A stretch of DNA of 64,000 bases, from contig NC_058368.1 in NCBI RefSeq assembly GCF_018350175.1, positions 163,310,001 to 163,374,000 on the forward strand, in the 5' to 3' direction. The translations under genes were made by a program, and so were the position numbers. Shown here piece by piece: positions 48,172-62,455 of the stretch. This DNA is from Felis catus. Taxonomy: Eukaryota. The notes under the pieces are model-generated. The model saw nothing but the letters and a program-made list of their open reading frames with translations, had not been told where the DNA came from and made no database searches. Every line of letters starts with the position of its first letter. The first letter of the stretch is position 1.

Positions 48172-51100
48172 AAAGATTATTCTGTGACAGCTTTTTCTGA
48201 ATCTTATACAATAAATCACATCCTTTGATTTTACGTTTTAAAAATATTTCTTGTGAAATTGGAAAAATTTGGTTTGAATTGGAATTAGTGAAAATGGCAG
48301 GAAGGAATATAAGCTTTTAAAACCTGCTGTAACTTTACCTTGGTAGAAGAGAATGAGGGAAAAAACAAAACGTCACTAAATGTTGTTATGCTTTTAATTG
48401 AGAAAGATTACATACAATGAACTAAGCCTGGTTTACTGTTCTCCTATCAAGGGAATATCAGAGCAAACATTATTTGGGCCCTGTAGAAGTATTTATTAAT
48501 ATTCTTAAATATACTGATTTGAAATTAAGTCTAGTAAAATATGTATATTTTTTTTTTCCAAAAGACTTCCAAGTTGGGGAAAGACAGAATTCGAAGAAAA
48601 ATGTAAATGAAAGTGAAAATGGCAATTTTGAGTAAAGTAATTGCTAGATGTATTATTTTGCTAAAATTACTACTTAAAAGGCAACGTAGTACAGCGAAAG
48701 AGTAGTGAACTAACTAGCTGGATTCCCTGGGTAAATTACTTATTTCATGTGGACTGGTCTAAGTTTCTTCATTTCAGCAAGGGACTACCACTGGATCATT
48801 TCTAGAACTCCTCTATGCTCTGTAATTCCATAATTCTATGAATATAAATTGCATGCAGATGCTGAGTCAGATTGGAAAGTCATCATTATAAGGCGTTGGA
48901 GATATGTGCACTGGTTGACTCACCTCAAGCAGGCCTCCCACTGCATTACTGCTGAGTAATTAGAACTCTGAATGGCATTATACCTGTATCATTTTAAGGG
49001 GATTTTAGTAATCTACCCTGCAGCCCACATTCCCGCTTAGTCTATAGGTTTATTATGATTGACTTTATAACCGTACAAGAAGGACAGTAATTGATGGTGT
49101 TATTTATCTTCTTTGAGCCAAGCGCAAGTGTTCATCTAACATTTAAAGTAGGATCTTTTTACTCTATATATCTAGGATCTGTTCGATAATGTAAACCAAG
49201 AGGTATGCATTAAGGAAAACTCTTCCAGTGACTCTGGCTTCCACAATCCAGTCTTATTCTCCATATAAAGATGGTATAGACTTTTTATCCCCCAATATTT
49301 GGCAAGATCCTTGCTTCTTTAAAGCATTGGCACTCACAGAATATTTCACAGACTAAACTCTTCAGTTGCTTCACAGAAACATCTCATACCCTGTCTCCTC
49401 ACAGCCACACAGGCACAGCCATGGAAACAGCGGATGTTTTCCAACTGCTTGGCCCCTTATCCTCCCACCTGAATTACAGTACTAATAACAAAAATCTATC
49501 AGTGTCAAAGCCTCGCATTATTTCTCTTGAATGTTTGAGTCATAGAATTTATCACACTCATTGTACAGTTGCAAATCTATTCTTCAACAGCTCCAAGATA
49601 CAGACAGTAGTTAAATTAAGATTCCCCAACGTTCACATATATTTTTGGTTATGCTACCTGTAATGTTTTTTGAGGCTTAAGAAAATCAAGAACTCCTTCA
49701 CACTCTGGGAAAACCTTTATGGAAATACAAAGCTGTTTTAGTGAAAGAAGAAAAAGCTAATGGGATATTTTAGCACCAAAATGTCAAGCTTTCCTCTTTT
49801 TTTTTTTTTTTTTTCTGTTTGTTAGCTAGGATTAGCCCCCTGTTTTCACTTCACTGTTCTATTTTCATTGCCAGCAGGTTGGCAAATAGGTATGTGTCTC
49901 TAATAAAGTAAACATTTTCCCCCTGAAATTATGAAGTTATAATTCATCCCCTGTCTTCAGGCAGCACTTTTAATATGAAAGCAAAGAGCTATTCTGATGA
50001 TATTTCACTGTTGTGCTGCCCTCCTTTGCTCTTTGTAATTGCCTCTTTCTTCTGTTCATTAAAATATATTTACAGTTATATTAAGTTTACATGAAAATAC
50101 TAGACACAGCATGAAGCAGTTTTCATTATGTAGTCATTTTAATTTTAAAGTTTTTTTTCCCCACACATATTCCAGTCTTTTGTGTCTCATTCCAAATTAG
50201 CAGCCCACACCGCTAATGTGTCTAGTTAATTATATGCATGTGCATTTAAATTGCATACATTGATGTGAACCTTTTAATATACTGTGGGGTGGTCCCTTTA
50301 TAGTTAGAGTGGGCCTGGTGCTCAATTCCAAATTAACATACCTCTCGAGGATGCAAACAAGGACCAGCTGATGGAAAAGCTGCTGGCCCTTGTGAAGAAG
50401 GCAGCAGTACCTGTCAGATGTAACCCTCAAACCTTCTTTCCCAGGCCCTTAGAGGAGGAGACAATTAACTGTATCTAGGGACCAACAGAAAGTAATAGCA
50501 CCAAGACTGGAGCAAAGCTAGCAATAGCATGATTTGTTGGACTCCACTGGTGTTTGCAGACTTCACTCAAAGCGTAGCAGTTCTAAGTTCTCCAGATTTG
50601 TTGGCTACACGTGAGGCATAGGTGAGTAGATGTACCTTTTAGGGTCAGTAAGGAAATGAGGTGCAGTAAACTGGGTAATTTGGACATAAAACATCTATTA
50701 CAGCTCCTCGCTAAAAAATGGTAAATTTCTAAAGATCTTAGAAATATTACATTTGTCTATTCTACGAATACCTTTCTTTATTCTGTTTTTATTCTCAGTT
50801 TTTTAAAATAATGCATGGCTGGCTATGGAGAGTATTTCAGGCTTTGAAAATCATGATGTTTTGTTCATACAAGTTGTTTGACATTTGGGGTAATTCAGGA
50901 GCACCACTTTTTGTAATGCTAGTTTGTACAGGCTTGTGCACTTTTATCTGCTGAGCACAGGACTTAGGGTTTAAAGCAATTTATGGCTGCAAACTGCAAG
51001 ATTATGTGCTCACAATATTGGGTGATTAAAGCGAATGGGCTTCTCATGTATCCTGCCTTGTACTTAGGCGTCATCTTCTATACATAACTAAAGTCATTAT

Positions 51101-51450
51101 GTTTAGTCTTAGCAATTAATATTTGATTTAAAAACTATTTCTAATGATGCTTATGACCAAGTACTTTTTACAAATCAAAGATGGCTTCTACAGGGTTGTT
51201 TGATCTTTTTTGAAAAGAAGAATCCCAGCTGGTTAAATGAGGCTGTTTCCAGCTGTTCTAACTTGGAATCCTTCTCAAGCTAAAGCAGTAGTGCTTTACC
51301 ATCCTATGAGGCTTCAGCTTCAGTCCCTTTCAACTGCTTCTATTTATTAACCACCTGCTGTGTCTTTTTAAATGCCACTGTCTCCACAGGGTTACAGATG
51401 CTGATGTGGTGAAAGAGAAAAGTAGCTAAAACATACAAATATATATATCT

Positions 51451-51457
<7 letters not shown>

Positions 51458-51482
<25 letters not shown>
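51458..51482. repeat. (GA)n microsatellite
   Basis: Read directly from the sequence; preceded by a short (AT)n run. Confidence 0.9.
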
Positions 51483-51483
<1 letters not shown>

Positions 51484-52239
51484 AGCCAGTATGTGAGACA
51501 CCCTGCTTGGTTACTCATTTAAATGACTGTTTTTCTTAGGGTGCTAGTACTTTCCGGATACGTCTACAGTTTTGTTGCCTCCCTCATGATGCTAATGATT
51601 CTTTGGTTGGGAGTGGCATTCGCATACACTGCCTTTATGCATCCTCTCCATATCCTAGCTATCTGTCATCCGTGCACAGTGTATGTTCTGCAGTCTCTTC
51701 TTTGTTTCTTCTGCTGTAAAGAAACTTGTAAAGCTAAACGTACATAACATCCTCGTCAGTATAAATAAAAATAACACAATCTCCAAAAACTGCGCTGTTC
51801 CTCATTCTAAGCCATGAGGACACAAAGTGTGTCTTTGTAGTAGCAAATTTTAGACATAAATTTCTACTAGGCTAAAATTAACTGTATCCATTTTCTTTTT
51901 CTATTGCAATAGATTCATATGATAGCGCATATCAGGGTAGCATAAGGGATCTTTGTTTATATAAAATACACTTGGTACTTATTCTTACTTCTAGTTACCA
52001 GTGAACCTATTCCTTGGCTAATTTGTAGGTGCCTGGATTAGAGGTGTTGATAGGAGTTCCTTAGCAACTGACCAGTTCTTAGTAGACTAGTGTAAACTTT
52101 CATAATATACAATGGCATGATTATAACCATTTGGACAGTTTCAACAGAAACAAAAATTACATAACTTTGAATATGGTTCTTTCTTGGCAAGATGAAGCAT
52201 AGTGCTGTAACACCTAGTTTAGAGCCAGTAGTAATAAAC

Positions 52240-52400
52240 ATTGGTCAAATTATTTAACCTGTGTTCGTCTGTTTCCTTATCTGTAAAATGAGACTACAAA
52301 TCCCACCTGATTGGGTCATCATGAAGTATAAGTAAAGGAATGTAAATAATGTGTTTGGCACGGTGCCTGGATCGTAGAGGTCCTTAATAAATGGTAGTTG
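52240..52400. mobile_element. MIR SINE
   Basis: CAAATTATTTAACCT..TGTTTCCTTATCTGTAAAATG..GCACGGTGCCTGG..AATAAATGGTAG. Confidence 0.75.
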
Positions 52401-53849
52401 TTATCCTCATTCGTTTGTTAATATTTATTAACCATTCACTATGTGCCAAGTACTTTGTTAGGCACTGAAAGTTTGGTGTGAACAAAACAAACCCGCCCTC
52501 TTTTTTTATGGAATTTATGGCTTCTTTAATCTTGCTGGGAAGGTGGGAGTGTGGGTATTGTGGGGCTATTTATCAGGCCACTTTAAATCACCACTTTCAT
52601 TTAGCTTTTCCGTTAAGTATCCTTCTAATTACTGTGTTATTAGCAATACCTATTGCCTACCCTTGCACTGATATTCACATAGGATTTGTCTGAATTGGGA
52701 AATAATTGTCTATGGGTTTATAGAACAGTTAATGAAATTTGAATATCTGATTATTCAGGATGCAGTTTTGAATGATAAAGACATTCCACATGTGCCTTTG
52801 ATTATATATTGTGTTTCTTAAAGAAACATTCTAACTTTGGGTTAGTTTTTCAGTGGCCCTGATATTTAATTTATTAAAATTGGAATTTAAGGCTATATAG
52901 ACTTAACTTGAAGGCATGACAATTTTATTTAAAAAAATTTTTTTTAGACAAAGAAGAAATGACTTGTCAGATCTGATCTTCCCTGAGTAACCTTGGATTT
53001 TAAATAGCCTTTAACTGATACAACTAGAGAGTACTTTAACAGTCAATCATGCTTTATTTGGATAATTCGAAATGACAGGTTAGCATTTTTCAGTGCTTGG
53101 CATAGTCTGAAAATATTCATGCCATCTGAATGGTTTCCCCATGGATTAGAGGTGAAAAGGTTCTAAAGCAACGGTCCAGGAATCCAGAATAGTTTTCTTT
53201 TCAAAAGTTAATTCTCATCATTTTTACTATGACTACTAAGAAACCACAAGGGAACTGTGTGAATCTTTTCACAATTAACAGGCTTAATCTGGAGGAGCCT
53301 TTAGGAGAAGCTGCTAGATTTATAAGAATAAGAAACCCAATTGATGAAGCCTGAAATTACAACAGCCATTGATCAAGGGTTACATTGCCTCCTAGCCTGA
53401 AGACTTTTCTTATTAATAAGAATGGTAAAAATCCTCTCTATTTTTACAGTACTCTTTGAAAAGCCAAAATACACAATACCATCTTTATCCTGGTGGTCAC
53501 CTTATGTGGAGAAAATATGATGTTATTTTTCACTTGAAAGGGAAAATGGAAATCAAAATGAAAAGATTGCAGGGATTTTAATTAAATGTTTTTTGCCACC
53601 CGTTTGCCATTGTATCATCTGTTCTAGAACCCATTTCTCTTGGCTTTCTTATTTTTCCTCTTTACCTAGTCCTCTCACATATTAAGTTTTAGGATTAGTT
53701 TGAATATCCCAGTGCCTTCCAGTGAGCCATTCTTTACTCAGTCTTGAGTTTAATAAATTTCTTAAAAATTATAAAACAGGACTTAAAAAAATCAAGGTTT
53801 GCTTTTGGAGCTCTACTTTTACCAGAGCTCAGAAGAAAATGAAATGTCT

Positions 53850-54031
53850 GGAGCACTTGGGTGGCTCAGTCATTTGAGGGTCCGACTTCAGCTCAGGTGG
53901 TTTGTGAGTTCTAGCCCTGCATCTGGCTGTCTGCTGTCAGCAGGGAGCCTGTTTTGGATCCTCTGAGCCTGTCTCTGCCCCTCCCCCACTCATGCTCTGT
54001 CTCTCAAAAGTAAATATTAAAAAAAGAAAGA
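53850..54031 (+). mobile_element. CAN-SINE, older, with a small internal deletion
   Basis: Head GGAGCACTTGGGTGGCTCAGTC; flanking AAGAAAATG repeats at 53833-53841 and 54032-54040. Confidence 0.88.
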
Positions 54032-54818
54032 AAGAAAATGTAAAATCATTGTCTTCTTGTGAATAAGTGAGGACAACTTATTTTATCTAGAATTTTGTTT
54101 TAGAATTGTGTACATACATTGCAGCTTAGTTCAGATATGAGAGTAGTGTAGTCATCGAAGCTTATCTTCATAGAATATAATTTTCTGCCCATACATCAAT
54201 CTCATGAATTGAGACAGAAGGGAGTGTGACAGGCAGAGCTTTGAATCAGGGCTTGAATACATGACCTTTGGAAGTTAAACTCTCTGAGCTTAATCAGCTG
54301 TAAAGCATAACCTCGTTGTATTCTTCTTGTGAAAGCTGATTTCTATAAAACACCAGGCAAGTAATAATTCAGATTTATCATTATTTAATGTTTTAGTTAA
54401 AACTTTTTAAGTAAATTAAAAAAAAATTTTATATTTGAAAGTACAATAAAATTAAGGTCAGTTCAGATTTTTTAAGTGTTCATATATGAAAAGTTAAAAA
54501 CATACTTGGAAGGCAACTTCACCAAACACTTCTTGGATATTGACTCAGTGACAGGCAGGTATGCAGGTGCTGGGAGTTTATGACCTTAAATCACAAAGTA
54601 TGCACAGGATTAGTAAGCTGATACTTAAGATGAACACTATGGTTAACAAGTACAAGTTGGCCTGGATAGGGACCAGAGAAACTTCCCTGAGGAGAAAACC
54701 TAGAGGGAATCTTGAAGGAGAAAGTCAGTACAGGTTTGTCAGGCAGAGATTTGGGGAAGGGGTTTTCCAGGCAAAGGGAATAGTACAGAAGAGAGACTTT
54801 ACAAACTGGCAGGAACTT

Positions 54819-55025
54819 GGAGTGCCTGGGTGGCTCACTTGGTTAAGAAGCTGACTTCAGCTCAGGTCGTGATCTCACAGCTTGTGGGTTCAAGCCCCGT
54901 GTCTGGCTCTGTGTTGACAGCTTGGAGCCTGGAGTCTGTTTCAGATTCTGTCTCTCTCTTCCCCTCCCCACTTGTGTCCTGTCTCACTCTCTCTCTCAAA
55001 AATAAATACATTAAAAAAAAAAAAG
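54819..55025 (+). mobile_element. CAN-SINE inside a probable L2 remnant
   Basis: TSD AAACTGGCAG(G/A)AACTT at 54803-54818 and 55026-55041. Confidence 0.92.
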
Positions 55026-56539
55026 AAACTGGCAGAAACTTGGCATGAGTATAAGGGGAATTTTTTTCTGAGATATAAAAGATCCCCATAATGAAAAGTC
55101 TTAATATGTTGTGCTACAATGTTTGGATTTTATTTTCATGTTATTTGGGAGGAAGCATTTGAAAGATTTGGTGCCAGTGAATGACATAATCGAATATGTA
55201 CGTTAGAAAAATGTACTAAAGCTGTTTTCTCTGTTATATTTCATTCCGGTTCTCTCTACTCATACACTGAATTGACTTCCATATCAGAAGAAACAATTAT
55301 CTTGTTTAACCTAAGACTGTCATCACGTTGATGTTAGGCACTTTTGTATATTTATGATCTTCGTTGAAAGCTCTGTAAACTGCCACCCGAGTCTGTAAAT
55401 TTTAGTAGCTCACAATAGTGAGATATAAAGTTCATCCCATCTGACAGTCTCATTTCTTAAAACTATAATAGCATGAGTCCAAGGAGGAAAATTTTGCTTT
55501 TGGGCACTGTCCCATTCCCTGTGCCTTTGGTATGGTTGGCACAAGGATGTCACAGACATGTTCCAGTGCACAAGTCTCACAGGATAATAATCCTTCATCA
55601 TAAATATATTGTTCTTGACAGTGAACACTAAGAAACCACAGGTTGATGTGTTTTACACTGCACACTAACCAGTTTCTTTCTACAGCCTGATTGAGAGAAG
55701 CAAAACATTTGTTAAATATAACCTTATGGGGACCTCCTGGTTCCCAGTCCCTCAATCATTTATCCAGATGGATAACAACTGTCTGCACTTACTGCCTTTT
55801 CTCCCACCCATTTCTGTCTATAAGCAGGGACATGTCTGTGCCTCTGAGTGTGAAGGTACATTTTACCAGTGATTTTCTTATCTGTGACCTGGGTGTTGTC
55901 CCAGGTCCTCCTCAAGCCTCCCCCAGGTCCTCCCCAAGCCTCAGTTCCTAACCTGTTTAGAAAGCTACCACGGTCTGCCTTCATTTCTCTCCCAGCCCAT
56001 GGGTACTGCCCATTTTCTACCATGTGAGCCAATGTCCTGCCCAAGAAGCTGTCTCTGTCCTTCTCAGTGCTAGTCCTGAAACCTTTCAAGTCTGCCCAAA
56101 CTCCTGACCCTGACCTTGCTTAGTGCCAGTTTCCCAAAACACAAATATGGAAAGGCACTTAAAAATATCACCAAATGGTGTTTTGAACAAATCCAATTCT
56201 TAGAATGGAACAAACTAAGAGATACAGTGTAATGGGGAAAAAAATGTGTGGCTTGTAATCAGACAGCTTTTCGCTTATGAAATTGGATCTACCGATGTAG
56301 ATTCCAATGTGCCAGTTACCATAGTGAGTGTCTTACCCACATCGCCGCCACAGCCCAATCAGAGAAGTTTCCATACAGGAACCAGGCCTGGGAGGGTTTA
56401 CAGACATGCCCAGTCTGTATGAGGGGGGAGGTTCAACTCCAGATACGTCTTTCTGCCTGGGCTCCTGTCACCACACAACACTGCCTCTCAATAATGAGTC
56501 TGTAGATAAAGTGAATGTTTTATTAAATAATGCATTGCC

Positions 56540-56675
56540 CTAGTATAGTGCTTTGAGGTTTACAAAGTGCTTTTATTTATATCTCATTTGATTTATGGAA
56601 AAACTGTGAGGTAAGTATAACTAACCCTGTTTTTCCAGAGAGAAAACTGAGGCTCACTAGATCAAGTGACTTGCT
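56540..56675. mobile_element. MIR SINE
   Basis: TTTACAAAGTGCTTT..ATCTCATTTGA..CCCTGTTTTCCAGAGAGAAAACTGAGGCTCA..AAGTGACTTGCTCAA. Confidence 0.75.
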
Positions 56676-57271
56676 CAACATGAAACAACTTATAAATGGC
56701 ACAACCAGTATTCATAAACTTAAGAAAAAAGTCACATATGTATAACACCAGGAACATCTTAATGGGATATACTTGTATTGCTCCCTCTGCTGAGAGTAGG
56801 CACTGGGTACTACTGTTTCTTGCCGTGGCCAAAGACATATTGACGATGCTGATCCCCAAAGGGGACATGTGTATGACATTTGGTTTAGTCAACCCAAAGT
56901 AACAGTGTTAGCTTTGGTTTATATGCATTCTCTGTGTGATACTTACGTTCCTACCCAATTTACACAGAGTACATTCCACACGGGAACATATCACATTATA
57001 AATTGTATATCATCTTCACAGGATCGTTTCATATCGGGCAACACACAGACAAATCTCCCTTTGTGTTTACTTTTTTTACATGTAAAATTATTGTTTAGTC
57101 TTTGTTAAGATCTTAGAGCTGGTATGACTACAATCATGATACAATGACGTATTTTACTGTGTTTTCAAATGCCTTCCCCTTAACCTCTCTGCCCTCCTTG
57201 GTGGAGATTTTTTATGCATTTTGCTGCTTGAATCTTCATTTATGGCTACTTTTTTTTTTTTTCTTCTTCAG

Positions 57272-57357
57272 GTTTTGTGATGAAGGAACCTGTACAGATA
57301 AAGCCAATATTCTATATGCCTGGGCAAGAAATGCTCCCCCTACCAGACTCCCCAAAG
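57272..57357 (+). CDS. PAM: PAM exon 6 (aa 119-148): FCDEGTCTDKANILYAWARNAPPTRLPK(G)
   Basis: Long T-rich tract and CAG|G acceptor, donor AAG|GTATAT; 86 nt; YAWARNAP motif. Confidence 0.97.
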
Positions 57358-58750
57358 GTATATCTGAGGCCTCTTGCATAGTCTTCTATAAAGCTGCTTA
57401 ATTTCTGACTCCAAAGTACTTTTTATTATATGTTCTTTCCACAGTTGTTGACAGTGTTCCATTTTGCAATTTCACACTAAAAAAATATCTGTATTACCTG
57501 CTTTGTATTGAAAAGGTTTCATTTAAGTAGTTGCTCTTTCTCTGCCTCTCTTTGGTATAACTTGCCCAGCACAACAGCTTGGATAGAATTAGAAAATACC
57601 CTAGAATACCTCAAGCCACCTTTGGCCTACAGCACATTGGTTCCTGACAGCAGGAGCATTTCAGAAGCCAAGAGAGCTAGGAATTAAATATATTGCTGTT
57701 TCAGCAAACAGATTAAAAAAAAATAGTCTTGGAACCTGGGTATTTAATGTAATACCAAACCTCAGCTGGCTTTCTATCTTCACTCTAAATTGCTCATCAC
57801 TACCAATGTGTGAATGAATTATCAGGCTCTCTTCTATTACCTTGATGTTTCTTAATGTCACAGGGAATGTGCAGTTCTGTAACAGAATATGTCTGCCATG
57901 GTTCAGGGATGGTGTCTTATACACCTGTTTCTCTCTTGCCTCCCTAACTTTGCCAGCTCTAACTGATACCTCTTTTGCTTTGCTTCAAATGAGCTTCTGA
58001 ATCCTCTCCATAGTTTACCAGGCAGCTGCTACCAAACACATTTGCAAACTAATGGGGGCTGGGGGAAGGCTGTTAAAGATTTGTTGACATTTTAAAGATC
58101 CATTGGTTGAGCAGATAAAAAAATTTTTTTTCTCCACCTGTAAATATTTTCTCTGTAGATTTTTAAAAAGCTTCCTAGGAAACTCTATTAATAGTAAGAC
58201 CATTAGGAACCCTTCAGATTCCAAGCACTTATTGACACACTGGACTTTGTAATCTAATTGATAACTGATTTCCTCAATGACCTTTCCACAGATACCTGTT
58301 TTCATATGGGAATAAAAGCATTTACCCTGAGATATTTTTAAGAAGTCTGTTTTCTATATTCAGTCAGAAAATAAAAATGAATGTGAATATATTCAAAACA
58401 AAATGAAAGTGGGTTTATGTATGTCTGTTATGTACTCAATAATGGCAGAATTTTGTTTCATTCTATTTCTTTCAAAATGAGTAAATTCTTCTCTTAAAGT
58501 GTATGTGTTTACTCTGGTTCTGAAATGGGAAGTATGGATAGAAACCTATCAGAGCCTGTAGAAGGAATGATAGATTATATTAGAAATTTTCAGTGAATGC
58601 CTGGTTCATTTCCTTTTTCATATAACATAATTTCATATGTTATATGCTATTTTATTTCCCTTTGGATTTCATAGATAAGCAACCTGAGATTAGTTCCATT
58701 TTAGACTTTCATTTCTAAAATATTAATTTATCATCTTTATAAATCTTTAG

Positions 58751-58834
58751 GAGTTGGATTCAGAGTCGGAGGAGAGACTGGAAGTAAATACTTTGTACTA
58801 CAAGTACACTATGGGGATATTAGTGCTTTTAGAG
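58751..58834 (+). CDS. PAM: PAM exon 7 (aa 148-176): VGFRVGGETGSKYFVLQVHYGDISAFR(D), with CuH ligand H167
   Basis: Acceptor ATCTTTAG|GA, donor GAG|GTAAGT; 84 nt; LQVHY motif (rat H172). The next exon was not found before 64000. Confidence 0.97.
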
Positions 58835-59386
58835 GTAAGTTTTAAATTTTGGAACTAAGCACAACTTTCAATACTATAAATATATAGAATACATACAAAA
58901 ACTTAAAATTTATGTACAAACTATTGACCACACTCTGCTCATTGGGAAAAAAAAACTGCTTTTGTTTCCTTTAATTTGAGACGATTGAAGCAATGACTTT
59001 TATTTTGGAAATGATGCCATCTTATACATTCTACTATTCTGCTATGCTTCTTTCTCTTATGCTGACTTCATGGTTCTTTTGCTTTCCAATGTATTGTCTT
59101 ATCTATCCTCTCCTTGCAAGCAGTATCGTCAGAAGAATAGGGACTAGCAATTTATTTCCATTGCTAGAGGCAAGCCATTGAGTGAGTCACCATACTTTGC
59201 AGTATCAGGGAGGTTCTCAGACTCTAGGGCTCATGTCAGTGCTTTCTCTGTAATCTACACTTGCCACTTCATGAACTCATCCATCATCCACTGCAGTAAT
59301 GCACAGACCCCACCCACTCTTCTGACACTGCTGAACACCCCCCTAGACACTCATTGGTCTGCCCATGATTACGATGCACTTCATTT

Positions 59387-59591
59387 TTTTAATTGAAGTA
59401 TAATTGACATACAATATCCGATTAGTTTCAGGTGTTCATCACAGTGTTTCAATATTTTTATACATTATGAAACGATCCCCATGATAAGTCTAGTTACCAT
59501 CTGTCACCATACAAAGTCATTACAATATTATTGACTATATTCCCTATGCTGTACATTAATCCCCATGACTTTATAACTGGAAGTTTGTACT
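59387..59591 (-). mobile_element. L1 3' terminal fragment (L1MA-like)
   Basis: TTAATTGAAGTATAATTGACATACAAT..CTATATTCCCTATGCTGTAC; TSD ATG(C/T)ACTTCATTT at 59374-59386 and 59592-59604. Confidence 0.88.
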
Positions 59592-60719
59592 ATGTACTTC
59601 ATTTAAACCCTCCTTTTCTTATTATAGAATCATTTACATGAGGAAGGGGCCCTGTTCCCAAGGCAACAGAGACTGGTACTTGTTATTCCTTCTGCTACAT
59701 TTAGTCAAACTCCAACTGCCTTCCAGGTTCACACTTCAGTGTTCACGGGAGTGTAAATATTAAGCAATCTTCTCCTTGGCTTATCAGCTTTTCCACTATG
59801 TCTTGCTGACTTACACATATTGCCCCAAGTTTTCTAATTTAACGTTATATTTCTGCTAACTAACCTGATACATTTTCCTCTCCAGACACATTAGCTTTCT
59901 ATCCAGTAACTAAGTCTTGAAGTACATGTCCATCTCTGCCTATGAATTATCCTCTGGGGCCTTTGCTGAGAGTGCCTCGTGTGGTGATAGTTTCCATAGA
60001 TTCCCAGTATTCAGGATGGGGACAGTAAATGCGGTCTTTCTCTGGGATCAAATGTTAGAAAAATTGTATATAATTTTTCAATTAGAGCTAACATTGCAGT
60101 CAGACATATTATCAATTAAACAACCTCCTGTGGACCAGCCCATGAACCTGCCTTCCAAATGAAACTTGTTTTTCTATTAAAAATATACTTTGAGGTATAG
60201 TATGCAAATAGCTTTCCGTTTTTGGAACAGAACCTAAAACCTTAAGTTGTTAACTGTAGTGTTGATAGAGGATTCTGTTGAAAACAATGAAATAAATGTG
60301 TTTGAGCAACGACAGAACTTATCTCTTCTAAAAATTGACTGTGTGGGTGTCAGTGGAACAGGCAGATGCCACCACTGCTGACTTCCAAAGCACTGACCTG
60401 ACAATAATTTTCCCAAGAAGGCAAGGAAGGCTTTCCCTGTTCCCACAACTAAGGTATCTGGTCATACCTACACACGCTCCCCCACTCCGACTCTCGGTCC
60501 CTCTATAGAGCACTGGGCTTCACTTTTCAATCTAATTCCTCTTAGCTTTATAGTACATGCTAACAGATAACACAATGATACCCTAGGCAAGATGGATGAT
60601 ATAGACTAGTTTTTAAGCTATATTACTGTCATAATATATATTAAGTTCTTACTGGTGAGGAGTTAATTTTGTTTTATAATTTATGTTTAATCTAGGGATA
60701 ATTTAAGTTTTGATATTTA

Positions 60720-60936
60720 GGGGTGCCTGGGCGTCCTAGTTGGTTAAGCATCTGACTTTGGCTCAGGTCTTGATCTCACGGTTCGGTTTGCGGGTTTGAG
60801 CCCCACATCACTCTCTGTGCTGACAGCTCGGAGCCTGGAGCCTGCTTTAGATTCCGTGTCTCCCCCTCTCTCCACCTCTCCCCTGCTTTAACTTTGCCTC
60901 TCTCTCAAAAATAAATAAACATTAAACAAATAATAA
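60720..60936 (+). mobile_element. CAN-SINE
   Basis: Head GGGGTGCCTGGG, CT linker and AATAAA tail; degenerate TSD AAGTT..ATATTTA. Confidence 0.9.
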
Positions 60937-62245
60937 AAGTTCCAATATTTAATATGTAAATATATAGTTATTCTTTACTATAAGAGACTGATCAGAAATG
61001 TTTATACTAATTTTTCATTTTCCACCTTTTTGAGAACAATTTTCCTAAAAGAAGGTACAGATGAGGTATGAGTTAGAAGCATTACTGGTGCTATAATTCA
61101 TAGGCCTTATTGTAATATAATAAAAATATAAACAAAAAATTTCACCATGTAATTTTTTCAGTAGCCTTAAATACAGTTTTGTGCCTTAAGCTATACACAG
61201 GTTCATGGCTCAGAATAGTAAATAAACACATGGGAAAATATCAAATCTCACTAAAACTAGAGAGCATTTTATATTTACTAAATTGGGGCTGTGTGGAGAT
61301 TGAATTATAAAACCCAGGACTGCCAGGGTTTGGACTAATCTGGTGGTACAGTTTGGGGAGCTTTTTGAATTAGTGCACTGTTTTGGAAAGCAACATTATC
61401 ATATTATATACATTTTATATAGAACAGTAAAATCTTGCTCAAGGCTCTTATCCTAAAAAGAGTTGTTGTTTTTAAATGAGCTACCTACCCATGGTTGTTT
61501 CTGCTCCATTAACTATTACTATGAAAAACTGGAAAGTTAACAAATGTCCCTAATAATAGGGGACTAGTTAAATAAATGGTATAATAACAAAAATAATAAA
61601 TCATAAAAATGTATAGAGACCACATAAAACCGTAAGTAGGCTTGCATGTTTCCAAGTATTATAAGGAACAAGGAAAAAAAAAGAAAATAGTCAATAAGCA
61701 TGAAAGACAGGATTGTGTGATTATTTTTTTCCTTGAAAGTGTTATAACATTATCTTGAAGTTTTTAAAATTCCACAAGTAGAAGTAATATGTTAAGTCTG
61801 TCATTACCTACCAGTTAGCGTGCTGTATTCTCAATCATACCCTTCTGACAAAAAGCATCAGTATAAATCTCCTTTATATGCCTGATTTCCTATAAGGAGT
61901 GATTTATACTATATAAAAATTCTATGTTCTGATGACACACTTATATCTAGATATACCTAGAAGTAGAAAATAATTATATCATCTTATCTTCTAGTGATGA
62001 AAAATCACATATGTGCACATACACATACACACATATATCGTCATATTGGTGTTGGTCAGGACTTGAACCTAATGATGTTGAAACTGTTGATGATATTTTT
62101 GAGTATAGAAATTATACATCAAAAGCAGACTAACACCACAAGGAAGTTACTGCACCCCTGAAAAATAGGAGAATGTTCAGCTTAAGGGTGTGAGTATTTA
62201 TCCTTACAGGGAATGTTTTACACGTCTGAGAAGGCTAGGACTTTT

Positions 62246-62455
62246 TTTTTCTTTTTTTAAATTTAAATTCAAGTTAGTTAACGTACTGTGTAGCCTTGGC
62301 TTCAGGAGTAGAAAGAACCCAGTGATGCCTGTCTTACATACTACACCCAGTGCTCATTCCAAAAAGTGCCCTCCTTAATGTCTGCCCATTTAACCCATAC
62401 CCCCACCCAGCGTTCCTCCAGTAGCCCTCAGTTTGTTCTCTGTATTTAAGGGTCT
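62246..62455 (-). mobile_element. Carnivore L1 3' terminal fragment
   Basis: Same family as 28005-28226; TSD CTAG(G/A)ACTTTT at about 62235 and 62456. Confidence 0.85.

Noticed and set aside
58748..58753. NAGNAG acceptor TAG-GAG at exon 7
   Set aside because: GAG is a rarely used acceptor, and nothing in the sequence supports its use.
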